From: Squalus acanthias
Taxonomy: Eukaryota
Direction: 5' to 3'
Assembly: GCA_030390025.1 (NCBI GenBank)
Contig: JASTWF010000354.1
Location: 372,001 to 436,000 of the forward strand
Length of the DNA stretch: 64,000 nt
Positions 1 through 11,625 of this stretch are shown here, piece by piece (the stretch's first letter is position 1; every line of letters starts with the position of its first letter). The notes beneath the pieces were generated by a model, which saw nothing but the letters and a program-made list of their open reading frames with translations, was not told where the DNA came from and did not search any database. The position numbers and the translations under genes were made by a program.

Positions 1-578
1 CGGTCTGCCAAAAACGATTCTCTCGTTGACGAGGTGGAGTTAACGGAGGTAAACCCCACGTATGCGCACGTACGGTACACTGATGGCCGGGAGGCCACCG
101 TCTCGCTCAGAGATCTGGCTCCCTGCCCAACCGGTCACACGGGCCCGAATGATGAAGGATCCCACGATGATGATGTCAACACTCCGCACCCCTATGAAAA
201 TGACGCCCCACTTGGTACATCGGGGGATCTGCCGGCAGCGTTACCGGATCAACTCAGGGAGCCGGACGCTCCCCGTAGGATGGCCACCCGAAGCCAGGAC
301 GCCGGACAATCTCCAGCCACGACCCGGGATGAGGCCAGCTCTGCGCCTGTGGGGACCCGCAACCAGAGTCATGATATTCCCAGTCCTCCACAGGACGATC
401 AAGACAACGCGGACTCTACTGACTCACCGGTACGGGCCCAGGGACCCAGGGACCAGGAAACGGTCCGGGGAGACGTGCCTTCCGGTAACAAGCAGAGAGC
501 TAAACGACTACGGCTAATTCTGGTCCGCCTAGTCCGTTAAAGGAAGACTGGACTTCCAAACCTTTTAGGGAGGAAGAA
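1..578 (+). mobile_element. 3' end of a Gypsy-type LTR retrotransposon pol (post-integrase C-terminus) plus polypurine tract
   Basis: Frame 1 reads SAKNDSLVDEVELTEVNPTYAHVRYTDGREATVSLRDLAP, a motif typical of Gypsy pol C-termini. An RSG...LNDY-like end sits in frame 2 (stop at 517). The purine run AGGGAGGAAGAA (567-578) is followed by TG. Confidence 0.72.
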
Positions 579-581
579 TGT

Positions 582-798
582 GTTGATGTGATCTGGAATG
601 CGCTGCCTGAAAGGGCGGTGGAAGCAGATTCAATAATAACTTTCAAAAGGGAATTGGAGAAATACATGAAAAGGAAAAAATTAGCAGGGCTGTGGAGAAA
701 GAGCAGGGAGTGGGACTAATTGGAGAGCTCTTTCAAAGAGCCGGCACAGCCACAACGGGCCGAATGGCCTCCTCCTGTGCTGTGAGATTCTGTGATTC
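582..798 (+). mobile_element. CR1 LINE 3' fragment
   Basis: Highly similar to the CR1 3' end at 62670-62890; ends in gattctgt-type tail repeats. Confidence 0.85.
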
Positions 799-1429
799 AC
801 TACCTGCTGCCCTCCAATCGTTGAGATGAACCAGTTATTCTCACTCACTCTCCCGCTCATCATTCTTTGGGTCATTTCCAGTTCAGGGAGCTGAGTTTGG
901 GCGAGAGGAATATAAATGCTTGAAACAGAGTGTGTTTAGCTGGCAGTGATGGAGCAGCTGTCGGAACCCTCAGCGTGGGGAGATCTTTATTGCTGCCGCT
1001 GGGTTTCTGTTATTGATCACTGCAGAAAAACACAAACAAAATATCAGCTTTGGAAATCAGTCTGCGGTGGCGACCAGGTAGGCCCACAGAGACGGCGGAC
1101 CTGGGTGGAGCGGCTGCGGCGAGGCGGCGGCTGAAAAAGAGGCGGCGGCGACCAGGTAGGCGACCAATCTGAGCCCCGAGAGCGCGAGAGAGAAGTAAAA
1201 AATAATCAAAGTGTGACATCACCAGAAAGCAGGTAAGTGATTGGTTGGTGAGTATTTCTCTTTTTCTCCTTTTTTCCATACTTAAATTCTGTGGTTTATA
1301 GTTTCTAGAGTCCCTGTGGTGTAGCGGGGACTGCTGTTAAGCAAGGGCCCTTGAGTATATCATTTAATTGAAGTGAAATTGGTGGGATTCAATTAGTTTA
1401 ATTTTAATTAATTAATTAAAGGGTAAGTC

Positions 1430-2382
1430 ATGTCAGGAGAGGTCGGTGCCAGTGATATGCTCCTCCTGCTATATGTGGGAAATCAGGGACACTTCCTGTG
1501 TCCCTGACGACCATGTGTGTGGGAAGTGTATCCAGCTGCAGCTGCTGACGGACTGCATTGCGGCGCTGGAGCTGCGGATGGATGCATATTGGAGCATTCG
1601 CGACACTGAGAACGTCGTGGATAACTCGTTTAGCGAGTTGGTCACACCGCAGGTAAAGGGTGTACAGGCAGGAAGTGAATGGGTGACCACCAGGCAGAGT
1701 AAGAGGTGCAGGCAGGTAGTGCAGGGGTCCCCTGTGGCCATCCCCCTCTCAAACAGATATACCACTTTGGATGCTGTTGGGGGGGATGACTTACCAGGGG
1801 AAGGCGGCAGCAGCCAACTTCCTGGCACCATGGGTGGCTCTGCTGCACAGGCTGGGAGGAAAGTAGTGTGGCAGAGCTATAGTGATAGGGGAATCAATTG
1901 TAAGGGGAATAGATAGGCGTTTCTGCGGCCGCAATCGAGACTCCAGGATGGTGTGTTGCCTCCCTGGTGCAAGGGTCAAGGACGTCTCGGAGCGGCTACA
2001 GAACATTTTGGAGGGGGAGGGCGAACAGCTAGTTGTCGTGGTGCACATAGGTGTCAACAATATAGGTAAAAAACGGGATGAGGTCCTAAAAGCAGAATAT
2101 AGGGAGTTAGGAGGTAAATTAAAAAAGAGGACCTCAAAGGTAGTAATCTCAGGATTGCTACCAGTGCCACGTGCTAGTCAGAGTAGAAATAGGAGGATAT
2201 TACAAATCAATACGTGGCTAGAGGAATGGTGCAAGGGGGAGGGATTCAAATTCCTTGGACATTGGAACCGGTTCTGGGGGAGGTGGGACCAGTACAAACG
2301 GGACGGTCTGCACCTGGGCAGGACCGGGACCGATGTCCTAGGAGGAGTGTTTGCTAGTGCTGTTGGGGAGGGTTTAAACTAA
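1430..2382 (+). pseudogene. CR1 ORF1 (zinc-finger/leucine-zipper plus SGNH esterase-like), frameshifted
   Basis: CSSC...CGKC followed by IAALELRMD, then IGESIVRG...CCLPGARV...VVHIGVNN...DGLHL. Split over two frames near 1860. Confidence 0.85.
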
Positions 2383-2477
2383 AGTGGCAGGGGGTTGGGA
2401 ACCTGAGCAGGGAGACAGAGGAAAGGGAAACAAGGATAAAAGCTAAAGACAGGAAGGAGAAAAACAAAAGAAGAAGT

Positions 2478-3064
2478 GAGGTCGTTGAAATTTTTGCGGC
2501 ATTGAACATGGGTCCTGGGCACCATGCTCCTGGAGGAGACGCTCTGAGCCACCTCCCTCCACACTCTTCTGTACTCGCGTGGCAAATGCCTCCTGCCACT
2601 CTCAGGGAAGAGTATACATCTTCTGCGCTCCACCGCGCCAACCAGAGCATCCAAGGCCCGCTCGGTGAAGCACTGAGCTCGTTCTCTCACCCTCTCCATC
2701 CTTGGCAGCAAAATGGATTCACAGGTCTCTCCAGGCCGAGATTCAGGGCTGCAATGAGCAGGGTGTGGCTGGGGAGCAAGTTGGCCCCCCCCCCCCCCGC
2801 TTTAAGAACTGGCCGGCGCCAGTGTGTCTGTGTTCCCTCGCTAACTGGCAGCACCTGCGCTGCGCTCGCGCGCTGAGTTAGCGCCTCACTGCTCGGCCTT
2901 TGCGCCTTAAGACAGGTGTGCAGCGCCTGATTTAGCGCTCCACTCACCTCCCGGGGCGGTAAAAGTGAAGTTTCCAGTCAGTGGCGATAATTAGCGCCAG
3001 GCGCTAATATTTGCGTCCAGACGATATTTGCGCCCCAAACGGGGCGCGACCTAATTTTTCCCCC
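2478..3064 (-). mobile_element. PIF/Harbinger DNA transposon terminal fragment with a Myb/SANT-like ORF (2478-2711)
   Basis: Minus-strand peptide RERAQCFTERALDALVGAVERRRCILFP...WREVAQSVSS...RTHVQCRKNFNDL fits a Harbinger Myb/SANT (NAIF1-like) domain. The GC-rich terminus begins GGGGGAAAAATTAGG. It interrupts CR1 between ORF1 and ORF2. Confidence 0.75.
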
Positions 3065-3065
3065 T

Positions 3066-6000
3066 TTGTGTCTTAATGCAAGGAGCATTCGGAACAAGGT
3101 GGATGAATTAGCTGCGCAAATAGAGGTAAATGAATACAATTTGATTAGGATTACAGAAACATGGCTCCAGGGTGGCCAAGGCTGGGAACTCAACATCCAG
3201 GGTTATTCAATATTTAGGAAAGATAGGCAAAAAAGAAAGGGAGGTGGGGTAGCATTGCTGGTTAAAGAGGGGATTAACACAATTGAAAGGAAGGATATTA
3301 GCTCTGATGATGCGGAATCTGTATGGGTAGAACTGAGAAATAATAAGGGGCAGTAAACGTTAGTGGGAGTGGTATATAGACCTCCAAACAGTAATACGGA
3401 GGTTGGGGATGGCATTAAAAGGGAAATTAGAGAAGCATGCAGTAAGGGCACAGCAGTCATCATGGGTGACTTTAATTTACATATAGATTGGGCTAACCAA
3501 ATTAATAAAAATACTGTGGAGGAGGAATTCCTAGAATGTTTACGAGATGGTTTTCTGGAACAATATGTCGAGGAACCAACCAGAGATCAGGCCATCTTAG
3601 ACTGGGTATTATGTAACGAGAAAGGATTAATTAGCAATCTTGTTGTACGAGGCCCCTTGGGTCAGAGTGATCATAATATGATAGAATTCTTCATTAGGAT
3701 GGAGAGTGAAGTCGTTGAATCAGAGACTAGGGTCCTGAATTTAAATAAAGGAAACTATGATGGTATGAGGCGCGAATTGGGTAGGATTGATTTGGGAATC
3801 TCACTCAAGGGGTTGACGGTGGATAGGCAATGGCAAACATTCAAAGACTGCATGGATGAACTACAGAATTTGTTCATCCCAGTGTGGCATAAGAATAAAA
3901 CAAAAAGGGTGACTCAACCGTGGCTAACAAGGGAAATTAGGGATAGCATAAGATCCAAGGAGAGGTCATATAAATTGGCCAGAAAAAGCGGTAGCCCTGA
4001 GGATTGGGAGCAGTTTAGGATTCAACAAAGGAGGACAAAGGGATTAATTAAGAAGGGGAAAATAGAATATGAAAGTAAGCTTGCTGGGAACATAAAAACT
4101 GACTGTAAGAGCTTTTATAGATATGTGAAGAGAAAAAGATTAGTGAAATCAAGTGTAGGTCCCTTGCAGTCAGAAGCGGGGGAAGTTATAATGGGGAACA
4201 AAGAAATTGCAGCCCAATTAAATGCATATTTTGGTTCTGTCTTCACAAAGGAGGACACAAATAACCTCCCAGAGATGTTGGAGAACATACGGTCTGATGA
4301 AAGGGAGGAACTGAAAGAAATCAGTATTTGCAGGGAAATGGTGTTAGGGAAATTGACGGTATTGAAGGCCGATAAATCCCCAGGGCCTGATAATCTACAT
4401 CCTAGGGTACTTAAGGAAGTGGCCCTAGAAATAGTAGATGCATTGCTGATCATCTTCCAACATTCGATGGAATCTGGAACTGTACCCATAGATTGGAGGG
4501 TAGCTAATGTTACCCCACTATTCAAAAAGGGTGGTAGAGAGAAAGCGGGGAATTACAGACCGGTAAGCCTGACATCGGTAGTGGGGAAAATGCTAGAGTC
4601 CATTATAAAGGATGTAATAGCTGAGCACTTGAAAAACAGTGACAGGATCGGACAAAGTCAACATGGATTTACAAAAAGGAAAATCGTGCTTGACTAATCT
4701 ACTGGAATTTTTTGAGGATGTAACTGGGAAAATAGATAAGAGAGATCCAGTAGATGTGGTGTATTTGGACTTTCAAAAGGCTTTCGATAAGGTCCCGCAT
4801 AAGAGATTAACGTGTAAAGTTAAGGCACATGGGATTGGGGGCAAGGTATTGACTTGGATAGAGAACTGGTTGGCGGACAGAAAGCAGAGTGTAGGAATAA
4901 ATGTGTCTTTTTCCGAGTGGCAAGCAGTGACTAGTGGGGTACCGCAGGGATCGGTCCTTGGACCCCAGCTATTCACAATATACATTAATGATCTAGATAA
5001 GGGAATTAAATGTAATATCTCCAAGTTTGCAGATGACACAAAGCTGGGTGGGAGTGTGTGCTGCGAGGAGTATACCGAGAAACTCCAGGATGATCTGGAC
5101 AGGTTGGGTGAGTGGGCAGAAGCGTGGCAGATGCAATATAACTTGGATAAGTGCGAGGTTATCCACTTTGGTGTCAAAAACAGAAAGGCAGACTATTATC
5201 TGAATGGCAATAGATTGGGAGAAGGGGAAGTGCAACGAGACCTGGGTGTCCTTGTGCACCAGTCGCTGAAAGTAAGCAAGCAGGTGCAGCTGGCGGTGAA
5301 GAAGGCAAATGGTATGTTGGCCTTCATAGCGAAAGGGTTTGAATATAGGAACAGGGATGTCCTGCTGCAGTTGTACAGGGCCTTGGTGAGACCACACCTT
5401 GAGTACTGTGTGCAGTTTTGGTCGCCTTATCTGAGGAAGGATGTTCTTGCCATGGAAGGAGTTCAGCGAAGATTCACAAGGCTGATACCTGGGATGGCAG
5501 GAATGACATATGAGGAGAGATTGGGTCGATTGGGCTTATACTCACTGGAGTATAGAAGAATGAGAGGGGATCTCATCGAAACATATAAAATTCTGACAGG
5601 TCTGGACAAACTAGATGCAGGAAGAATGTTCCCGATGGTCGGAGAGTCCAGAACCAGGGTGTCATAAATCGCAAGTAGTAACTCAGGAAGTACTGCTGGG
5701 CGGCCAGCTGGGGCGCCGTCCAGGGAGTATAAATACTCGGGCGTGGGCCCACCTTGGGCAGAGACAATCTGGAAACAGGAAGCTAGTGACTGCTAACTAG
5801 ACCTCCATGTTTTGTTACAAGTTGATTAAAGCCTTGCTTTATGTTCAAGTGCGTAGTGAGTCTTTATTATGTCACAGGGGTCATAATCTACGGATAACGG
5901 GTAAACCATTTAGGAGAGAAATGAGGAAGAATTTCTTCACCCAGAGAGTGCTGAACCTGTGGAATTCTCTACCACAGAAGGTAGTTGAGGCGAAGTCATT

Positions 6001-6085
6001 AAATATATTCAAGGATGAGTTAGATATATTTCTTAAAGCTAAAGGTATCAAGGGATATGGGGAGAAGGCAGGTACAGGGTACTGA
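3066..6085 (+). pseudogene. CR1 ORF2 (apurinic endonuclease plus reverse transcriptase), disrupted
   Basis: Motifs CLNARSIRNK, ITETW, GDFN, SDHN, NYRPVSLTS, YLDFQKAFDKVPH, GVPQGSVLGP, KFADDTK. Stop at 3354-3356, frameshift near 4670, LTR insertion at 5660-5874. Confidence 0.95.
5660..5874 (+). mobile_element. Solo LTR (215 bp) inserted in CR1 ORF2
   Basis: TGTCATAA...TTATGTCA termini; 5-bp TSD CAGGG (5655-5659 and 5875-5879); internal TATAAATA (~5728) and ATTAAA (~5825). Removing it restores the RTRGHNL peptide. Confidence 0.9.
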
Positions 6086-6273
6086 GTTTAGATAATCAGC
6101 CATGATCTCATCGAATGGTGGAGCAGGCTCGAGGGGCCGAATGGCCTACTCCTGCTCCTATCTTCTATGTTTCTATGTTTCTATGCAGGAACACTGGCCG
6201 AGGCTGAACAGGGAGTGTGTCGGTGCTGGGTTCAGATTGTGTCAGAAGATCGCGCTCTTTCTAGGATATCAGC

Positions 6274-7620
6274 TCACTCCCACACTCACCCAATGTTTCA
6301 CACTCCCACACTCACCCAATGTTACACACTCCCACACTCACCCAATGTTTCACACTCACACACTCACCCAATGTTTCACACTCCCACACTCACCCAATGT
6401 TTCACACTCACCCAATGTTACACACTCCCACACTCACCCAATGTTTCACACTCCCACACTCACCCAATGTTTCACACTCCCACACTCACCCAATGTTTCA
6501 CACTCCCACACTCACCCAATGTTTCACACTCACACACTCACCCAATGTTTCACACTCCCACACTCACCCAATGTTTCACACTCACCCAATGTTACACACT
6601 CCCACACTCACCCAATGTTTCACACTCACCCAATCTTACACACTCTCACACTCACTCAATGTTTGATACTCCCACACTCACCCAATGTTTCACACTCCCA
6701 CACTCACCCAATGTTTCACACTCACCCAATGTTACACACTCCCACACTCACCCAATGTTTCACACTCACCCAATGTTACACACTCTCACACGCACTCAAT
6801 GTTTGATACTCCCACACTCACCCAATGTTTCACACTCCCACACTCACCCAATGTTTCATACTCCCACACTCACCCAATGTTTCACACTCCCACACTCACC
6901 CAATGTTTCACACTCCCACACTCACCCAATGTTCCACACTCCCACACTCACCCAATGTTTCAGACTCCCACACTCACCCAATGTTTCACACTCCCACATT
7001 CACCCAATGTTCCACACTCACCCAATATTTCACACTCCCACACTCACCCAATGTTTCACACTCCCACACTCACCCAATGATTCACACTCCCACACTCCCC
7101 TCATGTTTCAGACTCCCACACTCACCCAATGTTTCAGACTCCCACACTCACCCAATGTTTCACACTCCCACACTCACCCAATGTTTCACACTCCCACACT
7201 CACCCAATGTTTCACACTCCCACACTCACCCAATGTTCCACACTCCCACACTCACCCAATGTTTCAGACTCCCACACTCACCCAATGTTTCACACTCCCA
7301 CATTCACCCAATGTTCCACACTCACCCAATATTTCACACTCCCACACTCACCCAATGTTTCACACTCCCACACTCACCCAATGATTCACACTCCCACACT
7401 CCCCTCATGTTTCACACTCCCACACTCACCCAATGTTTCAGACTCCCACACTCACCCAATGTATCACTCTCCCACACTCACCCAATGTTTCACACTCCCA
7501 CACTCACCCAATGTTTCACACTCCCACACTCACCCAATGTTTCACACTCCCACACTCACCCAATGTTTCACACTCCCACACTCACCCAATGTTTCACACT
7601 CCCACACTCACCCAATGTTT
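6274..7620. repeat. Minisatellite, 26-bp unit CACACTCCCACACTCACCCAATGTTT with 18-bp variants
   Basis: Direct tandem periodicity; a variant block recurs at 304-bp spacing (6995 and 7299). Confidence 0.97.
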
Positions 7621-7622
7621 AA

Positions 7623-10410
7623 ACTAACTTAAAGTGTGGTGAATAAGGTTGGTGAGCTGCAAGTACAATTAGCTTTGTGGCAATATGTTTTGTGGCAATA
7701 ACGGAAACGTGGTTTAAAAACGGTGAGGACTGGGCACTTAATGTTCAAGGGTACAAGGTGTTCAGAAAAGATAGGGAAGGAAAAAACGGAGGTGGGGTGG
7801 CAGTGCTGATTAAGGAAGACATTGTAGTGTTGGAAAGGGAGGATGTTCTTGAGGGGACAAGGACAGAATCCTTTTGGTTCGAGTTGAGGAGCAGAAAGGG
7901 TATGATCACGCTATTGGGGGTATTCTACAGGCCTCCTAGTAGTGAGAGGGAGGTAGAGGAGCAAATCTGCAGGTAAATCGCAGAGATATGCAAGAGCTAT
8001 CGAGTGGTGATATTGGGGGACTTTAATTACCCAAATATCGATTGGGATAATGCTAGGGTAAAGGGAAAAGAGTGAGTTTGAATTTCTGAAATGTGTTCAG
8101 GAGAATTTCCTTGACCAATATGTTCTTGGCCCAACTAGGAAGGAGGCATTGTTGGATCTGGTGCTGGGGAATGAGGTGGGCCAGGTCGACCAAGTGTCTG
8201 TGGGAGAACACTTGGGTACGTGTGATCATCGTATCATATAAGATTTAGATTATCAATGGAGAGGAGCAAGGAACAATCTAGAGTGGAACTTCTAAGCTGG
8301 AATAGGGTTAACTTCAATGGATGCAAAAGGATCTAGCTAGGGTAAAATGGAACCAAAGACTGACAGGAAAAACTGTAATGGAACAATGGGTGATCTTTAA
8401 GGAGGTGATGTTCCAAGTACAAGCTAGATACATTCCAACAAGAGGGAAGGGTAAGGGAACCAAAGCCAGGGCTCCTTGGATGACGAGGGAGGTAGAGAAG
8501 ATGATGAAACAAAAAAAGAGGGTGTATGATGCATGTCAGGTGAATTCTTCAAGGGACAACCAGACCAAATACAATAAGTTGAGATGGGAAGTGAAGATGG
8601 AAATAAGATTGGCAAAGAGAGAATATGAGAGTAGAATGGCGGTTAACATAAAAGGGAACCCAAAAATCTTCTACCAGCATGTAAACAGTAAGCGGATATT
8701 AAGAGGCGGGGTGGAGCCTATTCGAGACAAAAAAGGTGATATATGCTTCGAGGCGCAGGGCAAGGCTAGAATACTCAATGAGTACTTTGTATCGGTGTTT
8801 ACTAAGGAGGTGGATGCTGACAAAATATCGGTAGAAGTGGAAAATGTAGAAGCAATGGAAGGCTAAAAATTGATAGACAGGATGTACTAGAAAGGCTGGG
8901 TATGCTTAGAGTGGACAAGTCGCCTGGTCGAGATGGCTTACTTCCCAGGTTGCTAACGGAATTCCCTAGATGCGGGGGAGGTGCCTGAGGACTGGAAAGT
9001 GGCAAATGTGACACCATTGTTCAAGAAAGGGTGTAAGGACAATCCTAGTAACTACAGGCCGGTCAGTTTAACATCAGTGGTGGGTAAAGATTTAGAAACA
9101 ATAATTAAGGGAACAATTAACGGGCATTTAGAGAGGTTTAAAGTAATTAAGGAGTGCCAACATGGGTTTGAATAATCTAATTCAATTTTTTGATGACGTA
9201 ACAGAGAGGATTGATGAATGGAATGCAATGGATGTTGTCTACATGGATTTTCGGAAGGCATTTGACAAAGTACCACATAGAAGGCTGGTTAACAAAATTG
9301 AGGCTCATGGAATAGGTGGGTCAGTGGCAGCTTGGATAAGGAATTGGCTTAAGGACAGAAAACAGTGAGTTGTGGTAAATGGCTGTTTTTCAGATTGGAG
9401 GATGGTAGACAGTGGTGTTACCCAAGGGTCAGTGCTGGGGCCACTGCTTTTTTTGATATATATAAATGACCTGGATATTGGAATACAGAGTAGAATTTCT
9501 ACATTTGCCGATAACACCAAACTTGGGTGTGTGGCAAACAGTGATGATGATACCAATCGACTGCAACAGGACATAGAAAGGCTAGCAGAATGGGCAGACA
9601 AGTGGCAGATGGAATTTAATACAGACAAGTGTGAGGTGATGCATTTTGGCAGAAGGAACAGGGAGAGGCAGTATACACTTAATGGCACAGTTTTAAAGTG
9701 TGTGCAGGGACAGAGGGACCTGGGAGTTAATGTGCATAGGTCCCTGAAGGTGGCAGGACATATTGAGAGAGTGGGTAACAAAGCATATGGGATCTTGGGC
9801 TTCATAAATAGAGGTGTTGAGTACAAAAGTAGAGAAGTTATGCTGAACATTTAAAAGCGCTGGTTAGGTAACAACTGGAGTATTTCGTCTTTAGGAAGGA
9901 TGTGAAGGCCCTTGAGAGGGTACAGAGGAGATTTACCAGAATGGTTCCGGGGATGGGGGATCTTAGCTACAAGGACAGGTTGGAGAAGCTGGATTTGTTT
10001 TCATTAGAACAAAGGAGGTTGAGGGGTGATTTGATAGAGGTGTACAAGATTATGACAGGTTTGGATAGGCTAGACGGGGAAAGGCTGTTCCCACTAGTTG
10101 ATGGTACAAGGACTAGGGGACACAGATTTAAGGTTTTGGGCAAGAGATACAGGGAGTACGTGAGGAGAAACTTTTTTACGCAGCGAGTGGTGAGGACCTG
10201 GAACTCGCTGCCGACGGAAGTGGTGGAAGCGGAGACACTCAATGTTTTCAAGGGGAGACTGGATAGGCACTTGAGGGAAATAAACGTGCAGGGCTACAGG
10301 GATAGAGCGGGGGAATGGGACTGACTGGATTCCTCCACAGAGAGTCGGCAAGGACTCGACGGGCCGAATGGCCTCCTTCTGTGCCGTTATGACTCTGTGA
10401 CCCTTTGACT
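7623..10410 (+). mobile_element. 5'-truncated CR1 LINE (ORF2 with several stops/frameshifts, 3'UTR)
   Basis: VAITETW, APWMTRE, NYRPVSLTS, YMDFRKAFDKVPH, FADNTK, RTRGH; degenerate ATGACTCT-like tail. Confidence 0.93.
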
Positions 10411-10432
10411 TCCACAGTCACCCAATGTTTAA

Positions 10433-10745
10433 GAAAGAAAACCTTGCATTTCTTTGGCGTCTTTAATGAACTCAGAGCGTCCCAAATCACGTCAAAGTCA
10501 ATGAAGCACATTTGAAGTTTAGTCACTGTTGTAATGAACAGCAAGCTCCTGCAAACAGCAATGTGATAATAGCCAGAAAGTCTGCTTTTTAGTGATGTTG
10601 GATAAGTGATAAATATTGGCAAGGACACTGGGGACGACTCCCCTAACTTTCATCAAAGTAGTGCCGTGGGATCATTTACATCCACCTGAGAGGGCATAAG
10701 GAGCCTCGGTTTAAAGTCACATTCAAAAGATGGCACTTCCGAAAG
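10433..10745 (-). mobile_element. Deu-domain SINE (SacSINE1/AmnSINE1-like), body and L2-type tail
   Basis: Reverse-complement similarity to the SINE body at 14145-14480 and to the tail AAAG.CGC.A.AGAAATGCAAG. Confidence 0.75.
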
Positions 10746-11620
10746 TGCGGCGCTCCCTCAATACTGCCCCTCCGACAGTGCAGCACTCCCTCAGTACTGA
10801 CCCTCCAACAGTGCAGCACTCCCTCAGTACTGCCCCTCCTACAGTGCAGTGCTCCCTCAGTACTGCCCCTCTGACAGTGCAGCGCTCCGTCAGTACTGCC
10901 CCTCAAACAGTGCAGCGCTCCCTCAGTACTACCCCTTCGACAGTGCAGTGCTCCCTAAGTACTGCCCCTCTGACAGTGCAGCGCTCCGTCAGTACTGCCG
11001 CTCCGACACTGCTGCGATTGCCTCAGTACTGACCCTCCGACAGTGCTGCGCTCCCTCAGTACTGCCCCTCCAACAGTGCAGCGCTCCCTCAGTACTGCCC
11101 CTCCGACAGTGCAGTGCTCCCTCAGTACTGCCCCTAAGTGCAGTGCAGCACTCCCTCAGTACTGCCCCACCGACAGTGCAGCGCTCCTTCAGTACTGGCC
11201 CCTCCGACAGCGCAGTGCTGCCTCAGTACTTTACCTCCGACAGGATTACGCTCCCTCAGTACTGCCCCTCCAACAGTGTAGCACTCCCTCAGTATTGCCT
11301 CTAGACAGTGAAGCGCTCCCTCAGTACTGCCCCTCCGACAGTGCAGCGCTCCCTCAGTACTACCCGTCCGACAATGCAGCGCTGCTTCAGTACTGCCCCT
11401 CTGACAGTGTAGCGCTCCCTCAGTACTGCCCCTCCAAAATGTGCAGCGCTCCCTCAGTAATGCCCCTCCGACAGTGCAGCGCTCCCTCAGTACTGCCCCT
11501 CCGACAGTGCAGCGCTCCCTCATTACTGCCCCTCCGACAGTGCAGCGTTCCCTCAGTACTGCCCCTCCGACAGTGCAGCACTCCCTCAGTACTGCCCCTC
11601 TGACAGTGCAGCGCTCCCTC
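10745..11620. repeat. 33-bp minisatellite CAGTACTGCCCCTCCGACAGTGCAGCGCTCCCT (~26 units), SINE-derived
   Basis: Tandem periodicity; continuous with the SINE body at its left edge. Confidence 0.95.
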
Positions 11621-11625
11621 ATTAG

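Larger units (their letters stand above)
1060..6185 (+). mobile_element. Near full-length CR1 LINE (5'UTR, ORF1, ORF2, 3'UTR, (CTATGTTT)n tail), inactivated
   Basis: GC-rich 5'UTR; ORF1 with a Cys motif and SGNH esterase; ORF2 with endonuclease and RT; 3' stem-loop and octamer tail at 6165-6185. Confidence 0.95.

Noticed and set aside
1430..6085. Active autonomous CR1
   Set aside because: Frameshifts, an in-frame stop and two nested insertions disable it.
6102..7632. Overlapping repetitive ORFs (also at 23800-25354, 32261-33729, 34278-35209, 52932-54582)
   Set aside because: Minisatellite artefacts with no domain structure or splice context.
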